Source: Hemiscyllium ocellatum (taxonomy: Eukaryota). From it: a stretch of DNA of 64,000 nucleotides. Positions 24,901-38,582 of the stretch are shown here, piece by piece. A program made the position numbers and the translations under genes. The DNA is taken from assembly GCF_020745735.1 (NCBI RefSeq), contig NC_083412.1, positions 35,777,181 to 35,841,180 on the forward strand, in the 5' to 3' direction. The notes under the pieces are model-generated. The model made no database searches. It was not told the DNA's origin and saw nothing but the letters and a program-made list of their open reading frames with translations. The first letter of the stretch is position 1; each line of letters begins with the position of its first letter.

Positions 24901-27589
24901 ATCTGAGTCTTAACTTGACACCAATCCTTAAGAAAATTGACTTCATCCAGTTCTAGCTTTAGAAATGATAAAACTTTATTTTACAAGAAATGTAAATATT
25001 TTAGCTAGGATTAATCCCTTTATTAGTGTGAGTAATAACCTATTTAACAGTTTTAGTGGATGACAGTGATAAATGCTGATTAAACTTGATAAGGAGACTG
25101 AAACCTCTTATTTGGAAAAGGAGAGTGAGTGAGTGAGTCAATTAGTTCATTGTGATATTAAAATAATGCAGTATAACACTTTTAATTTCTTTAGGGGAGA
25201 GGTTATTGACACCAGCTTTAGAAATTTTGACAGCCCATGTAGTTTTTAAAATACCTTTGCCATCTGTCCGATCAAGCTAAAAAATGAAAGGATGCAAGAG
25301 TGAAATGAGGGATGCAATCTTCATTTCAAAAATGTGACAGATGTCAGCTTTATAAGAAATATCAGAAGGCACTTGTCTCGCCCCAGCAAGCACCACTAGG
25401 TAGTGATGATTGAATGAAAAGTTTGAAACTTTGCAGATTTGGCAGCAACTTTTTCTGCTGAGAATAATACATTAGTCACTGAAAAGGTGGTTTTCTGGCA
25501 AAACCTCTCACTATTAATGGGGTTGAAATTGCAAAAAGTTGAATTTTGAGGTGTGCAAATCATGCAATAGCATCAGAAAACACAGCATTATCTATCGATG
25601 GGAGAAGGATATGGTCCATATCAGTTTTTAATAGAAATCCAACAGTTCCATCAGTATTAAGTGATCACTTCTCAGCTTGGGACAAGACTATAGTTACCAT
25701 TTTGAGCATTTTTTAAAATGCATTACGTTGGAAGAAAGACTTAAAATTCAAAGCCCAAGTTTTGGAACTGATGCTTAAACTTGTGACAGCCTTGAGAGCC
25801 AGTTTTCATTGGGTAAATGTGGCTTTTTACACAAAAAGGAAGGGCGTAAAGTAGACACCTCTAAGTTTTCTGGTAGAGTGCAAAATTAAACCATTAGAGA
25901 ACCAGACTCTTGAAAAAGCATCTTCAACACAGTTTGGTGTATGGATTACACATTTGCAGATTGTAAAGGAGTTATAGAAAGTTACAAAGAACCAGTACTT
26001 CAGAGCTGTGCAGCACGCACTTGTATGTTGAAATTGACTATTGGTCTGATTAATCACTTTTATTTCTAATCAAAATGAAGTGATCTATACCTGCTTTTGT
26101 TAGCTTTTATTTTTGAACTATTTACCAGCAGATGCTATTCAGTAGAGAAGTGGAGCTATTATGAAAGTGTGGAAAACTACTGCAAAATAGAACTTATTGA
26201 CAATGCAGGGTGAGAGGCAAGCAGTTGCACCAATGGGTTGGCAACATTTAAGTACAAAAAAGGGGAAGACTGATTATGTTCAGACAATTGCTTTGGGAGC
26301 AAACATGTTCTTCGAAAGCGATCATTTAATGAAAATGTGTTAGTGGAAGATCAACATGCAGCAGACTAGAAAAAATACTTGAAGGCCAAGGATTTACAGC
26401 TTAAGGCCAAGAACTGCAGTACAGATGAGAGGTGCTATCAGAATCCGAAACCCATACAACCAGAACTCTTGGTGGCTACTAGCAAAATAAACATGTTAGT
26501 GAAAGCTTTCAAAGCACCAGAATCACTAAGTTGGGGAAACTTGGGAATTTATACACAGGTGCTAGCTGGCAGGTAGCCAGCCTTATTGGGTTACGTGGGG
26601 AAAATGCATCTCCTGATGGGACTTGCATAGTTAAAGGCTGGCTGAAAAACGTATGGTTTTGAGGACCAACTGAGTGATAAAGATAGGAATAGGTTCACCA
26701 GTGGCAAGAAAAGAAATGTTAAATCATTTTTTAAAATTGGTAGCAATAAAAATGTGAACGCAGACCAGTTGACTGGTTTCTGAAGTGAGATTAGTGCAAA
26801 AGGGGCATCAAATACAGTGGGAACACCCTCACAGTAAATTAATGTGATCTAAATGATGTGACTTTGATATTTCTCCAAATAGTTCTTTCTAAATAAAATT
26901 AGGCTTTTGAATTGGGCAGTTGAAAGCAGACCTTTCAGTCTTTTATTGGTAGCATAGGGCAGTTTTCAGGTATCCTTATGCATAAAGTTTTTTCTTTTTG
27001 GGTGGAGCAATGAATTTGAGAGCAGTCAAAAATATACTTAAAGCAGTATTCAGTATTGGAAATTGGACTTTTGGAGCTTTGCTCTGTTCTGCCTGATTTT
27101 CAATTCAGTATTGCTTTGCTTTGCTTCAGCATTCTTACTTGAAACATGTTTGCTGTTTGTCAGTCAGGCCTCTCAATTATGCAGCAACTTGAAAATGGAG
27201 GTGGAGGAATTGAGGTCTAATTGGACAGTTGAATTATCTGACCCCGCAAACAAGGCCAGGTGCCAGTTTATGGAGTTAGAATCTTGAGTGTGAAGTCTTT
27301 ATAGTGCAGGTGATATTTGATTGAACAAAACTTTATTTTTAAAAAATATATTGCTAAGGTTGGAAGATGCCAGGAATGTAAACATTTTTTAGTGATGCTT
27401 ATGCAAATCTGGTGGATTTTCAATTTCAGGAGAGTTCATAATTGTTTTCTCTTTTCTGGAGAGGTAGGTAAATGTTGTACTTGCTGATCAGAATACTTTA
27501 AAAGTATCTTGCCAGAGCTACTCAACCTTGTTCAGATTGTGGCATTTTCTTGTCACAATGGAAGAAATTCTAAAAAGGGATTCGGTAGC

Positions 27590-28710
27590 AATGCCCCAAA
27601 GAGGATTGAGGACAGAGCATTGGATGTGACATGTATGGACATCAGTAAGGGGTTTGTCAGGTTCCTCATGGTCTACTGGTTAGCAAGGTTAGATCTTATG
27701 GAATACAGGGAGAACTAGTAACTTGGATTCAGAACTGGCTTGAAGATAGACGTAGGGTAGTTGCTTTTCAGACTGAGGTCTGTAACCAGTGGAGTGCCAC
27801 AAGGATCAATACTAGGTCCACTGCTAGATTTGGATGTGAGCATAGATATAGTTTATAAGTTTGCAATGACACCAAAATTAGAGGTTTTAGGTGACAGCGA
27901 AGCAGGTTACCTCAGCACACTGGGATCTTGATCAGATGGGCCAATGGGTTGAGATAGGGTTTAATTTAGATAAATGTGAGTGCTGCATTTTGCAAGGCAA
28001 ATCAGAAGGAATTACACGCTTAATGGTAAGGTCCTGGGGAGTGTTGCTAAACAAAGAAGCCTTGGAGTACAGGTTCCTAGTTTGTTGAAAGTGGAGTCTC
28101 TGGTAGACAGGATAGTGAGGAAGGCATTTGGTATGCTTTCCTTCATTGGTCAGAGTATTGAGTGTAGGAGTTGGCAGGTCATATTGCACAAGACATTGGT
28201 TAGGCCACTTTTGGAATAGTGTGTGCGATTCTGATCGTCTTCCTATCAGAAGGATGTTGTGAAACTTGAAAGGGTTCAGAAAAGATTTGCAAGGATGTTG
28301 CCAGGGTTGGGGGATAGGGAACTGTAGAGAGGCTGAATAAGCTGGGGCTGTTTTCCCTGGTGTCGGAGGCTGAGGGGTGACCTTACAGAGGCTTATAAAA
28401 TCATGAGGTGCATGGATAGGGTAAATAGACAAGTCTTTTCCCTGGGGTGGCAGAGTGCAAAACTAGAGGGCATGGGGCAACCTTTTCACACCGGGTGGTA
28501 AGTGTATGGAATGAGCTGCCAGAGGAAGTGGTGGAGCTGGTACAATTAAAGCATTTAAAAGGCATCTGGAGGAATATATGAATTAGGAAGGATTTGAAGG
28601 GATATGGGCCAAGTGCCTGCAAATGGGACGAGATTATGTTAGGATATCTGGTCAGCATAGACACGTTGGACCGAAGGGTCTGTATCTGTGATGTATATCT
28701 CTGAATCTGT
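27590..28710 (+). mobile_element. CR1 LINE RT/3' fragment in SOD1 intron 1
   Basis: YTLNGKVLGSVAKQRSLGVQV...AFGMLSFIGQSIE...TLVRPLLE; CR1 3' tail. Confidence 0.88.
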
Positions 28711-28918
28711 GACCCATTGCATGCGTGCTGATAAATCAGTCTGGGATAATATGCATTCAACCTTGCATAGATGAAAAAAGATTATGGATCAATTTTCATG
28801 ACATTTAAAATGTGGATAATGGACTAATCTCAACTGAAATGGGTGGATAGCTGCACCCTGGTAGCTGATGGCTTCCAAAAGAAAGCAGCAGGCTGTAAGA
28901 AACATATACTAGAAAAGA

Positions 28919-29862
28919 TGTTAGGGACATGTGACAGGGCCATTTATTTGAGAGGTGTTGTCTTGTGCATCCTGAAGTGAGATGTCACTGTGGTACTGAG
29001 TCTCTGCTTCAGACAGGCAGTCAGTAAATTGATTGGAGTTTTCCTTGGAGCAAAAGCGTGTGTGGGGTCAGGCTTTCCGAACCAACGACCTTTGGGTTTG
29101 GCTTGGTTTGATTTTGAGTTAGAGGTCTGCTGGATGCTGAGCAAAAAGCTTGCTCTCTGGAGAGCAGTCTGAGACAGTGAGGCTTTTTCCTTAAAAAAAT
29201 AGTTTTGTTCTGGAGGGTAGAGACACAGCATGTGAGAATCACTTAGGTGTTTTGCTGAATTGAATTTTTGCCAAAGGGTGTGTTCATGGGACACTGCCTA
29301 AATATGGGATGGGTGATGAGTAATTGAATAATACACATCTTCAGTCTTTCAGCAGTTCTGCCAATTTCTTTTACTTGAATTTTTGTAAGAAAGTGTATTT
29401 TTGTTTAAAGTCTTGTGGTGGACCAAGCAAATGACGACATCCTGAACAGCCCCTTATGCTTTCAGTATAAAACTTGAGCTCTACGTTATCTCCTCCGTAT
29501 TTAGATTAGGTTAGATTACTTACAATGTGGAAACAGGCCCTTCGGCCCAACAAGTCCACACCGACCCGCCGAAGCGCAACCCACCCAGACCCCCTATATT
29601 TACCACTTACCTAACACTACGGGCAATTTAGCATGGCCAATTCACCTGACCAGCACATCTTTGGACTGTGGGAGGAAACCGGAGCACCCGGAGGAAACCC
29701 ACGCAGACATGGGGAGAACGTGCAAACTCCACACAGTCAGTCGCCTGAGTCGGGAAGTGAACCCAGGTCCCTGGCGCTGTGAGGCAGCAGTGCTAACCAC
29801 TGTGCCACCGTGCCGCCCTTTTGGAAAGTTGAAGCAATGTGGTTCTGATCTGGTCCATAATA
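28919..29862. mobile_element. possible solo LTR with an internal SINE insertion
   Basis: Termini TGTTAGGGAC ... GTCCATAATA form an imperfect inverted repeat; no clear TSD. Confidence 0.3.
29500..29818 (-). mobile_element. HE1-type SINE (young copy)
   Basis: Close reverse complement of 51143-51445. Confidence 0.9.
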
Positions 29863-30311
29863 AATGCTATGTATATTTCTTCAAAATAAAGAAGCATTAG
29901 TCTTTTTGCATTTTCCTTGTTGTTTTTCTTTAATTGCGTAAAATTCTGGTTAAACTTAGTGATCTCAACCAAAAATATCAGGCAAGTGAAATACTTTGCA
30001 CTGCAATTGTTAGTAATTTAGCTAGTTGCACAAATTAGATTTCATTTTGAAGATGTGATCACTGTTGCCAACATGGGCCACCAGTCAAGTGGCCTCTCTT
30101 CTATTTGGCTATGTAATAAAATGAAGCCCTGAAACAGGGAAAACCTGAAGCACCAATTGACTGAAAATATTTGTGAAAAGTGAATTAATTTTCAGTGTGA
30201 TAGTTTTATTCTTTTTGGATCGCTTGACTTCTCTGTTTTTATTGCCGATTAACACATTCTGTAATACTGGAAAAAAAATCCACCTAATATCTTTATGGAA
30301 CTTTTCTCCAG

Positions 30312-30405
30312 GGAGATGGACCTGTGACTGTGAAAGGAAGCATCACTGGATTGACTCCTGGGAAGCATGGGTTCCATGTTCATGCTTATGGAGATAATAC
30401 AAATG
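30312..30405 (+). CDS. SOD1: Cu/Zn superoxide dismutase exon 2
   Basis: cttttctccag acceptor; [31 protein letters not shown](G); GTACGG donor. Confidence 0.95.
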
Positions 30406-33109
30406 GTACGGAGTAAATATTTGCTGTTATGACAATTGTGAATTAAAGACTTAATGTACTAATGTTCATTAAAATAAACTGGAATGAAATTGAGTTTACT
30501 GTGTAGATGTATAACATTTTAAATTCTAGTGCAAAATGCACATTTTATTAAAAGTTAGCTTTAAATCTCTAGTAAATGCTGGCAACATTTGGCAGATTAG
30601 ACATCTATGGAGAGCACAAAATTGATTCTTCAGATATGAAGCTTTCATTAGAGAGAAGTTTTTTTTTGCAAAAGATAAAAGCTAATACATCAAATTAAGG
30701 GAGGATGAAAATTTGTGTTTAACAGTATAGACCACAATCCAGTGGCTCCACTTTTTTTGAGCACTTACATTAAAAAGAGGTGAACTTTTTCAAAATCATC
30801 GAAGCAAGGGATCAGTTATCAATTAGGCCATAATCTGTAGCTTCAGTGGCATGAGACTGAAAAGTCCATCCAGTTCTTAATGGCATCTACTTCTGAACCT
30901 TGTTTCCCTCCCCTCTATCTTGAACTTGAGACCAGACAACCTGGAATAAGAAACCAATCTGTCTAGACATGAGGCCATTTAGAATCAAATGAGTTGGGCC
31001 TGGGGGTAGTAGAGATGAAAGCAGCATCAGCAATACAGGGAGTGATGCTAAGAAGCATTCAATGAAGTGTGAAACCTGGAAACTTGCTTTGTATGTGACA
31101 ATGAATATTAACACTGGGCAAATGGCAACCAGATGGGAGGCACAGTATTTTCTGTTCATGCAGTTTACATGTGTCCTGATTTTAAACAAACTTCTGTTCA
31201 TGAGTAGGAAGTGAGAGAACCCATCTAGATAATCCAACTGTACATCCATGGGAAGTTTTTCTTTATTTAAAATGTCTTGCATTTCAATAATCCTTTTAAA
31301 ACCTTTTTATGCTGCTCCCTAACCTAGGAAAGCATTAACATGGATGTGCCAGTTATGATTAAAGGTTTTAAAAATACTTAACTAGTTGAGGGCTAATGTG
31401 TACTTTCCTTGCACATTGAAACCTAGTTCAGTAGTTCACTCTGAAACCAAGTGTTGTAATCAAAAGCTTTTCTTCCAATGAACCTTGAAAGAGTGGTATT
31501 CGATTGATTATGGCTTTGATGGTCAATAAAGCATTCAAAAAAAACCAACTTATTGTTGGTTCAGAAAGGCAAGTGCAACAGACCTTTGCACAGCTGGTCT
31601 GCTCCAAGAAAATGTAGACAACAAAACAACTTTTTGGCTGAAACAACATTTTAGTGCCAGCAGAGAAAGAAAGTGGCAAAAGTTTGTGTATCTGGATAAA
31701 CACATTGACTAAATTTGGAAGAGGAGACTATTACATCTCTTTTCCTGTTAGAAATTGTGTAAAACAAGGCTTTGTCTGCAGCCTCACTAATGTGTTTTGC
31801 TTGTTGCTAACATTTTTATAGCGTTTACTATCTTGTATCGAAATAGAGAAAAGGTTCAGGAGAGACTGGCATCTTTTGAAAGTTAAGATAAAACGAAAGA
31901 GAAACCAAGTTGGTGGAAGAAATAACTTGGTGCTTGTGACTCACTCCAGGCCTAATCAGATTTCTAGGCAATGGTGTCATCGTCTGTTACCTTGACCAAG
32001 AGTAAGGAGTGTTTCACTGCTAATGCAGATGTCCAAAATGTGTTACTATCGAGTCCTTGGGTTGTACAGCACGAAAATAGATCCTCGAGCCGAACTTGTC
32101 CTTGTCGTCCAGATATTCTAAATTCATCTAGTCCCATTTGGCCCGTTATCCCTCTAAAACCTTTCCTATTTGTGTACCTGTCTGGATGCCTTTTAAGTGT
32201 TGTGATTGAACCCACCATATTCCCTGGAATGGAAAACATTGCCACTTATGTCCCTTAATTTTTGTCCTCTAACCTCAACCTATGTCCTCCAGTTTTGGAC
32301 CTCCTACCCTATGGAAAAGCATTTGACTCTTCATGTTATCCATGACCTTCCTATTTAGCTCCTAAAGTTCCATAATGAAGCTTTATTTTAGTTACCCAAC
32401 TATTTATCAAATCCTGAATTCTAGAGTTTGTTCAGCAATGCCAGAAATGATCGTAGTATAAAATGTGGGGAAAGGATGTTGGAGAATTGCTGTGAATCAC
32501 AAATGTTTTTTTTGGGGGGGGGGGGGGGAATTAATCTGCAATTCAAAGTTTAATGTATATGCATATTTTGGCACAAAATTTGCCTTCCAACATACCCACT
32601 CTTTAATCAGTTCCCATGCAATAGGCAGTTGCTAATATATAAATCTGGACAATGTATCTCAAATGCAACATATGTTTCTGCTGTCTCTTCTGAACTGTAT
32701 CACTTCCTACAGTGAGGAAGCAGAATATCTCTCATGCACATAGTTTGCATCTTCAGTGTCATTTGAAGCCACTGCCAACCACCATCACTTTAATTGTGCC
32801 CTTCTCTTTTCAGTACTTGATGACTGCAGCACTTACAGGACTGTTTCTAACTCTCTTAAGCCACAGCCCCTAACAGCTTGTTGCATGCTGTTGATTTGGC
32901 TGGCTGCTAAATGAAAATGCAAAGGAAAGTATTGATGTGGGCACTTGCCTCCCTTTCAACATGTGAGCTACTGTCTGACTTTGATTCTACTGCCTATGTG
33001 TAAACATGATACTATTTTTAAAGAAATTCCTCACCACCTGAAGTTGCTGGAAAGCTTATGATCAATTACCCATCAAAGTTTAGATAACCTGTATTTGTGT
33101 ACACTACAG

Positions 33110-33179
33110 GCTGTATTAGTGCAGGACCTCACTACAATCCTTTTGGAAAAGTTCATGGTGGACCTGATGACCAAGAAAG
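33110..33179 (+). CDS. SOD1: Cu/Zn superoxide dismutase exon 3
   Basis: ctacag acceptor; (G)[22 protein letters not shown](R); GTGAGC donor; 70 nt. Confidence 0.96.
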
Positions 33180-33289
33180 GTGAGCATTTTTTATACAATG
33201 ATTTTCCATTATATTTTGTGCTATTCAAAGGAGTATACGTAAGTAATTTTATAATGCAATTTTACACTTTTTTTAAAAATTTACTATTT

Positions 33290-34225
33290 TAGAGTCATCG
33301 TCACAGATGTGCAGCACAGAAATTGAACCTTCAGTCCAATTTATCCATGCTGGTCAGATATCCTAACCTGATCTCGTCCCATTTGCCAGCCTCTAAACCC
33401 TTCCTTTTCATATACCCAATCAGATGCCTTTTAAATGTTGTAATTGTACCAGCCTCATCCCCTTTCTCTGGTAGGTCAGCACCCTCTGCTTAAAAACACT
33501 GCCCCTTAGGTTCTTATTAAATTTTTTTCCCTCTCACCCTAAACCTATCTTAGTTCCGGACTCCCCTCCCCACCCCAATCCCAGAGAGAAGACTTGTCTA
33601 CTTACCTTATCCATGTCGTCTCATGATTTTATAAATCTCTATAAGGTTGCTTCTCAGCCTCCAATGCTCCAGAAAAAATAGCCCCAGTCTATTCAGCCCC
33701 CTCCTATAGTTCAACTTCTCTCAGCCTGGCAACATCCTTGTAGATCTTTTCTGAACCCTTTCAAGTTTCACAACATCCATCTGATAGGAGGGAGACCAGA
33801 AGTGTGTGTACTATTCCAAAAGTGGCCTAACCAATGTCGTGTACAGTTGCAACGTGACCTCCCAACTCCTATACTCAGTGCTCTGACCAATAGAGGAAAG
33901 CATACCAAATGCATTTTCACTATCCTATCTACCTGTGACTCCACTTTCAAGGTGCTATGAATCTGCACTCCAAGGTCTCTTAGTTCAGCAACACTCCCTA
34001 GGACTTTACCACTAAATATATAAGTCCTGCCCTGATTTGCCTTTACAAAATGCAGCACCTCACATTTGAGTTAAACACCATCTACCACTCTGACCATTGG
34101 CTCATCTGATTACAATCCCTTTGTACTCTGAGGTAACCTTCTCCACTGTCCACTACCCCTCCAATTTTGGTGTCATCTGCAAACCTAGTAACTATACATC
34201 TTGCGCTCATATCCAAATCAGTTTG
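33290..34225 (-). mobile_element. CR1 LINE 3' fragment in SOD1 intron 3
   Basis: LHFVKANQGRTYIFSGKVLGSVAELRDLGVQIHSTLKVESQVDRIVK. Confidence 0.88.
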
Positions 34226-34269
34226 CACCAAGTTATAAACTTGATATGAAGCATACGTTTGGATGAAAA

Positions 34270-34556
34270 GATTAGATTCCCTACAGTGTGGAAACAGGCC
34301 CTTTGGCCCAACAAGTCCACACCAACTCTCCCAAAGAGTAACCTACGGAGACCCATTTCCCTCTAATGCACCTAACAAAATGGGCAGGTTAGCATGGCCA
34401 ATTCACCTGACCTGCACGTTTTTGGACTGAAGAAACCAGAGCACCTGGAGGAAACCCATGCAGACATGGGGAGAATGTGCAAACTCCGCACACAATCACC
34501 GGGTGCTGGAATCGAACCTGGGACCCTGGTGCTGTGAGGCAGCACTGAGCTGCCCA
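34270..34556 (-). mobile_element. HE1-type SINE
   Basis: gattccctacagtgtggaaacaggccc...tgcaaactcc...gtgaggcagcact. Confidence 0.85.
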
Positions 34557-37500
34557 AAAGTTAGATTATTTTACATTGCAGCATACAAATTGAACTGGCA
34601 TCAACAGCAGCCAGCAAGATAGAAGCTACCTTGATAAAATAAAGAATTGACCAAATGTATGCGAATACAGGAAAACTGGACAGTGACACTGGATAGAATT
34701 TTGATGTATTGAAATTTTCTAACCTGACCTCCCATTAAATCTGCCAAAGCATTCCTACTTTTCTTATTTAACATCTACATTAAGCAACTCCTCCTTTCCA
34801 CTCACGTCAGACTTCTGCCTTCAGCTTTACTTGAACATAATACAGCCACTGTGAAATCATGACTAATGAAGCTGTCTGACCATCTCAGTTATAGCATCTC
34901 CGATGAAGACACTCCAGCATTATCTCTGCTGTAATCCAATTATGTTATTGTGCATTTTAAAGACAGTATAGGAATTCTCCTGATGCCCTTGCACAATATG
35001 TGAAAGCTCCCACCTTTTCATACAAGGTTACTGGTTAACCAAAACACAACCACCAGCTAGGATAGGTTTATATCAGTTAAAACTAGAATTTTCTTGCTTG
35101 TTGCTCAAATTAAATGGAGTCCACCACAGAATTCTATGTCAAGTTAGTTGATGTATCCACTTGATGAAAAACACAGATCTAGTGTTGTGGGTTTCACAAA
35201 ATTACTAAGATTGCTAAAGACCCTGTACCAATGTTAGCAGTTTTCACAGATGATTCTTCATCAGCAAAATCATATTGGAGATATGGATGCAATATCTATA
35301 AATTTCGTTACGTGCAGCAAATAAACTGGAATGGAAAAATTTGAAAGTGGCAAGTCATTACAGGCTGCAGTTCAGTCGTGCAGACCTGCATAACTGACAG
35401 AATGGAAACTCCAGTCAGTTTTAATTTTTCAAGTGGAAAATGATGCCAAAAGTCAAATTTCCTGCAGGAGATTCCTCACAATGAGGATGGAATGAAGTTT
35501 GGGGTAGCTAATGTGTGGAATAGGTGTCCCAGTGGCCTGTGTAAGAGTGCAACCTATCTGAGTAAGATATCATCAGATCCAGAGTTTGAGAGATGCAAAG
35601 AAATAATGTCCATGTTGCGTTTGTACTCTGGTTTAGATTCAGCTTTTTTTTTTGTATGAGAGCCTCTCGCCATTTCTAGAAACTGCTTGTGCAGAATCAA
35701 ATATCTTGATGCTTAATTTAACAATGAGGTGCCTTTGCCATGTAACATAATGCCAGGCTTATTTGTGAGATTTTGCCATGAGATCATGCGATGCCCTTTA
35801 TGCACAGTTAACAGACTATTTGCAAAAGTTATATTCTCTTCATTGAATTGGATGGTCTTTATTGCAGCAGGATGATTCTGAATGCACCACATTGAATCCA
35901 ACATGGCTATATCATAGGATTGCTAAATGACTCAATTAATGTGATGCGCTTTCTGTCAGATGCTGAAGACCATGAAATGCTGGTTTTAAAACTCCCTTCA
36001 GTGTGCTAAAGACAATTTTTTATTCTAAGTGCCACATTAAGAAAACCCAGAAATTCATTATTATTTACAACCAGCCAGACAGCTGGGATATTACTTTTTC
36101 ATGTTTAAATGAAATCTCCTCTCACTTGAAACACAACCAAACCTGCAGCATTGTTATCAGAATGTTGAAGCAAATGTTCAGACAGTTGTTTTACCTTCCT
36201 TTTGTTTCAGGCCCTGGAGAGAATGATCACCCATGTGCACAGGGACATGAGTTCAGTCTTCTCTCAAACAACACCTTCTCAATGAGTTATGTAGTAATTT
36301 TACAGGGAGGAGCATCTAGATAAGGCAACATACATTTTAATTGGGTGACCGCTACAATCAGCATGTACCGATAGCGGAGGCCAAACCCTTTTACTGTTAT
36401 ACAATGGGTGTTCTTAACTTTGTTAACTGTACTCATACAATGAATACTTTCTCCTTGTTTGCTGACCTTGCATACTATATGCTTTCAGTATTGTTAAATG
36501 GCTCTACAAAATGACTGCCTGTCCATTTTGTTAACCCATTACCCTTGCCTTCAGCACCCCATTGTTAACTGTAAATTCTTATCTGATCTGAGTCTCAGCT
36601 GAACCTCCTTTCACAAAACTCCAAACTTAACTCTTTCCCTGCCTGCTTATACCCTATACGCATTCTCAAGTAAAACAAGTTTATTATGCAAAAGAGGTGA
36701 AGATGCACTAAGCTACTTGTATTGAAAGATTTCAAAACACTTAGTAAAAGACGACTATTAATTCCAAAGTGCCTCAACAGTACTTGAGTATGAGAGAATT
36801 CCTTATTTTGAGAATCTATCACTTCTTCAAATCTTGCCTACAACAGTGTAAGCTGAGTTTCAAAACCCTTTAGCAAGTCTATTAAAATCCTGATGTCGAA
36901 CTTTAAAATAGGTTACCTCTGTGTGCTCATTCTGTTTACTATTCTAAAGCATCTTGCAATAGCAATCATTTGTTTTCACATTCAGCTTCAGCCAAGACTT
37001 CTATGAACTGCCAAGCTGTCTTTCCCCCTAAACTTAAAGAAGGAAACACATTCTAGAACCTTCCAATGCACTACACTGTTTACTTTGCATGTAATATTCT
37101 CCCAAAGTAAACAAATTAATCTTCTCCAAGAACTGAAAGAAATTATAGCTACATAATGCTTAGTTAACCTTTGTTAACCTACGTGCATCTAGTTCAAAAT
37201 TCTAAATAAAAAATAAAACAGATGAACTCCTCTTGCATCACATTTTGAACTGGCAACCAACAACTTGGATGCTGGTGGACAAGTTCACCCTGGTTTTTCA
37301 TGGGTTCATAAAGTTGAGACTTAAACTGATGTCAATTTTTCTTTGAGCATTACTTTAAGATGTTCATGGTAGTTATTTATATAGACTTTTTTTTCTTTTG
37401 GAAGAATAACTTGGAGTAATTTTCTGTAAGTTTTAAGATGGTCAATGGTTGTTGTGTGCAAGACAACCTTTGCTTGTTGAGAGATTTCCCTGTGAACTAA

Positions 37501-37991
37501 AATGCCCCAAGTACTTTTGAGTTGGTGTCTACACCTTTACTGCTGTCTATATATTTTTGAGGGTTCTGAGTCAACTGAAATAGTTAAACTTCAATATTCC
37601 ATTTGAATGTAGTAAGATCTAAGTCACCTCTTAAGCTACATATGTTTGGTTTTTTGGGGTGGGGGAGAATTCAGTCCATATGTTCAGTACTTCCATCTCA
37701 CATATGGTTCAATACGTGTTATCATAAATTCATTCCAGCTCTTTTTAGTTCAAGCTGAAATTGAATTTACCTGCTTTACAGCAAAGGGCATTTTTAGTGG
37801 CCTGTTTAGTTTTTCTACAGTAACACTCAAAGCAATTTAGGATGCTTTTACTACATTGAAGACTGAAATTCAAGTTACTGGAAATATCAAATGCTATTCA
37901 CTTGCAATAAATTAACCTTTTTGGGTTATAAATGTTGCATTCAATATTGCCTCAATTATCTGGTTTAATTGTAACTTATGATTTATTTTAG

Positions 37992-38109
37992 ACATGTTGG
38001 TGATCTAGGCAATGTGGAGGCAAATGGGAATGGTGTGGCAGTATTTGAAATGAAGGATGGTCAACTCTCTCTCTTAGGGGAGAAGTCCATTATTGGGCGT
38101 ACACTTGTG
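37992..38109 (+). CDS. SOD1: Cu/Zn superoxide dismutase exon 4
   Basis: ttttag acceptor; (R)[39 protein letters not shown]; GTAAGT donor; 118 nt. Confidence 0.96.
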
Positions 38110-38582
38110 GTAAGTATTGAAAAACTTGTGACCACCTTGTGGTTACAATAATGTCTGATTCAAGAAAGATGAATTGATTGACTTTCAAATCAACTCCTGC
38201 AGTTTTCAATGAAATCTGAGTTTTTGTGAAAAACTTGAATGGCGGTACTGAGCTGTACTTCTAACTTGAAGATTTGTTGCTCAGGTTGTGGATGAAGTTG
38301 TTGACTTTTTCACTGAGCTTGTAAGTTTCTTTGCAGATGTTTCATCCCCATACTAGGTAACATCAGTCTGCCTCTAAAGTGTTGGTGTTCTATCCCACTT
38401 GCTATTTGCTTCCCAGTTTTCTGAGGTGGATGGCATCACTTCCTGTTGTGTCTCTTGGAGGCTAGTTGGCATTCGTGCCACCAAGAGACAGACTCCACTA
38501 TCTTTGGTGTCCATGCATGGACAAAGAAGGACACCAGTTCAACTGGAACAATGTATCCATCCTATGAGGAACCAAACAAAGA

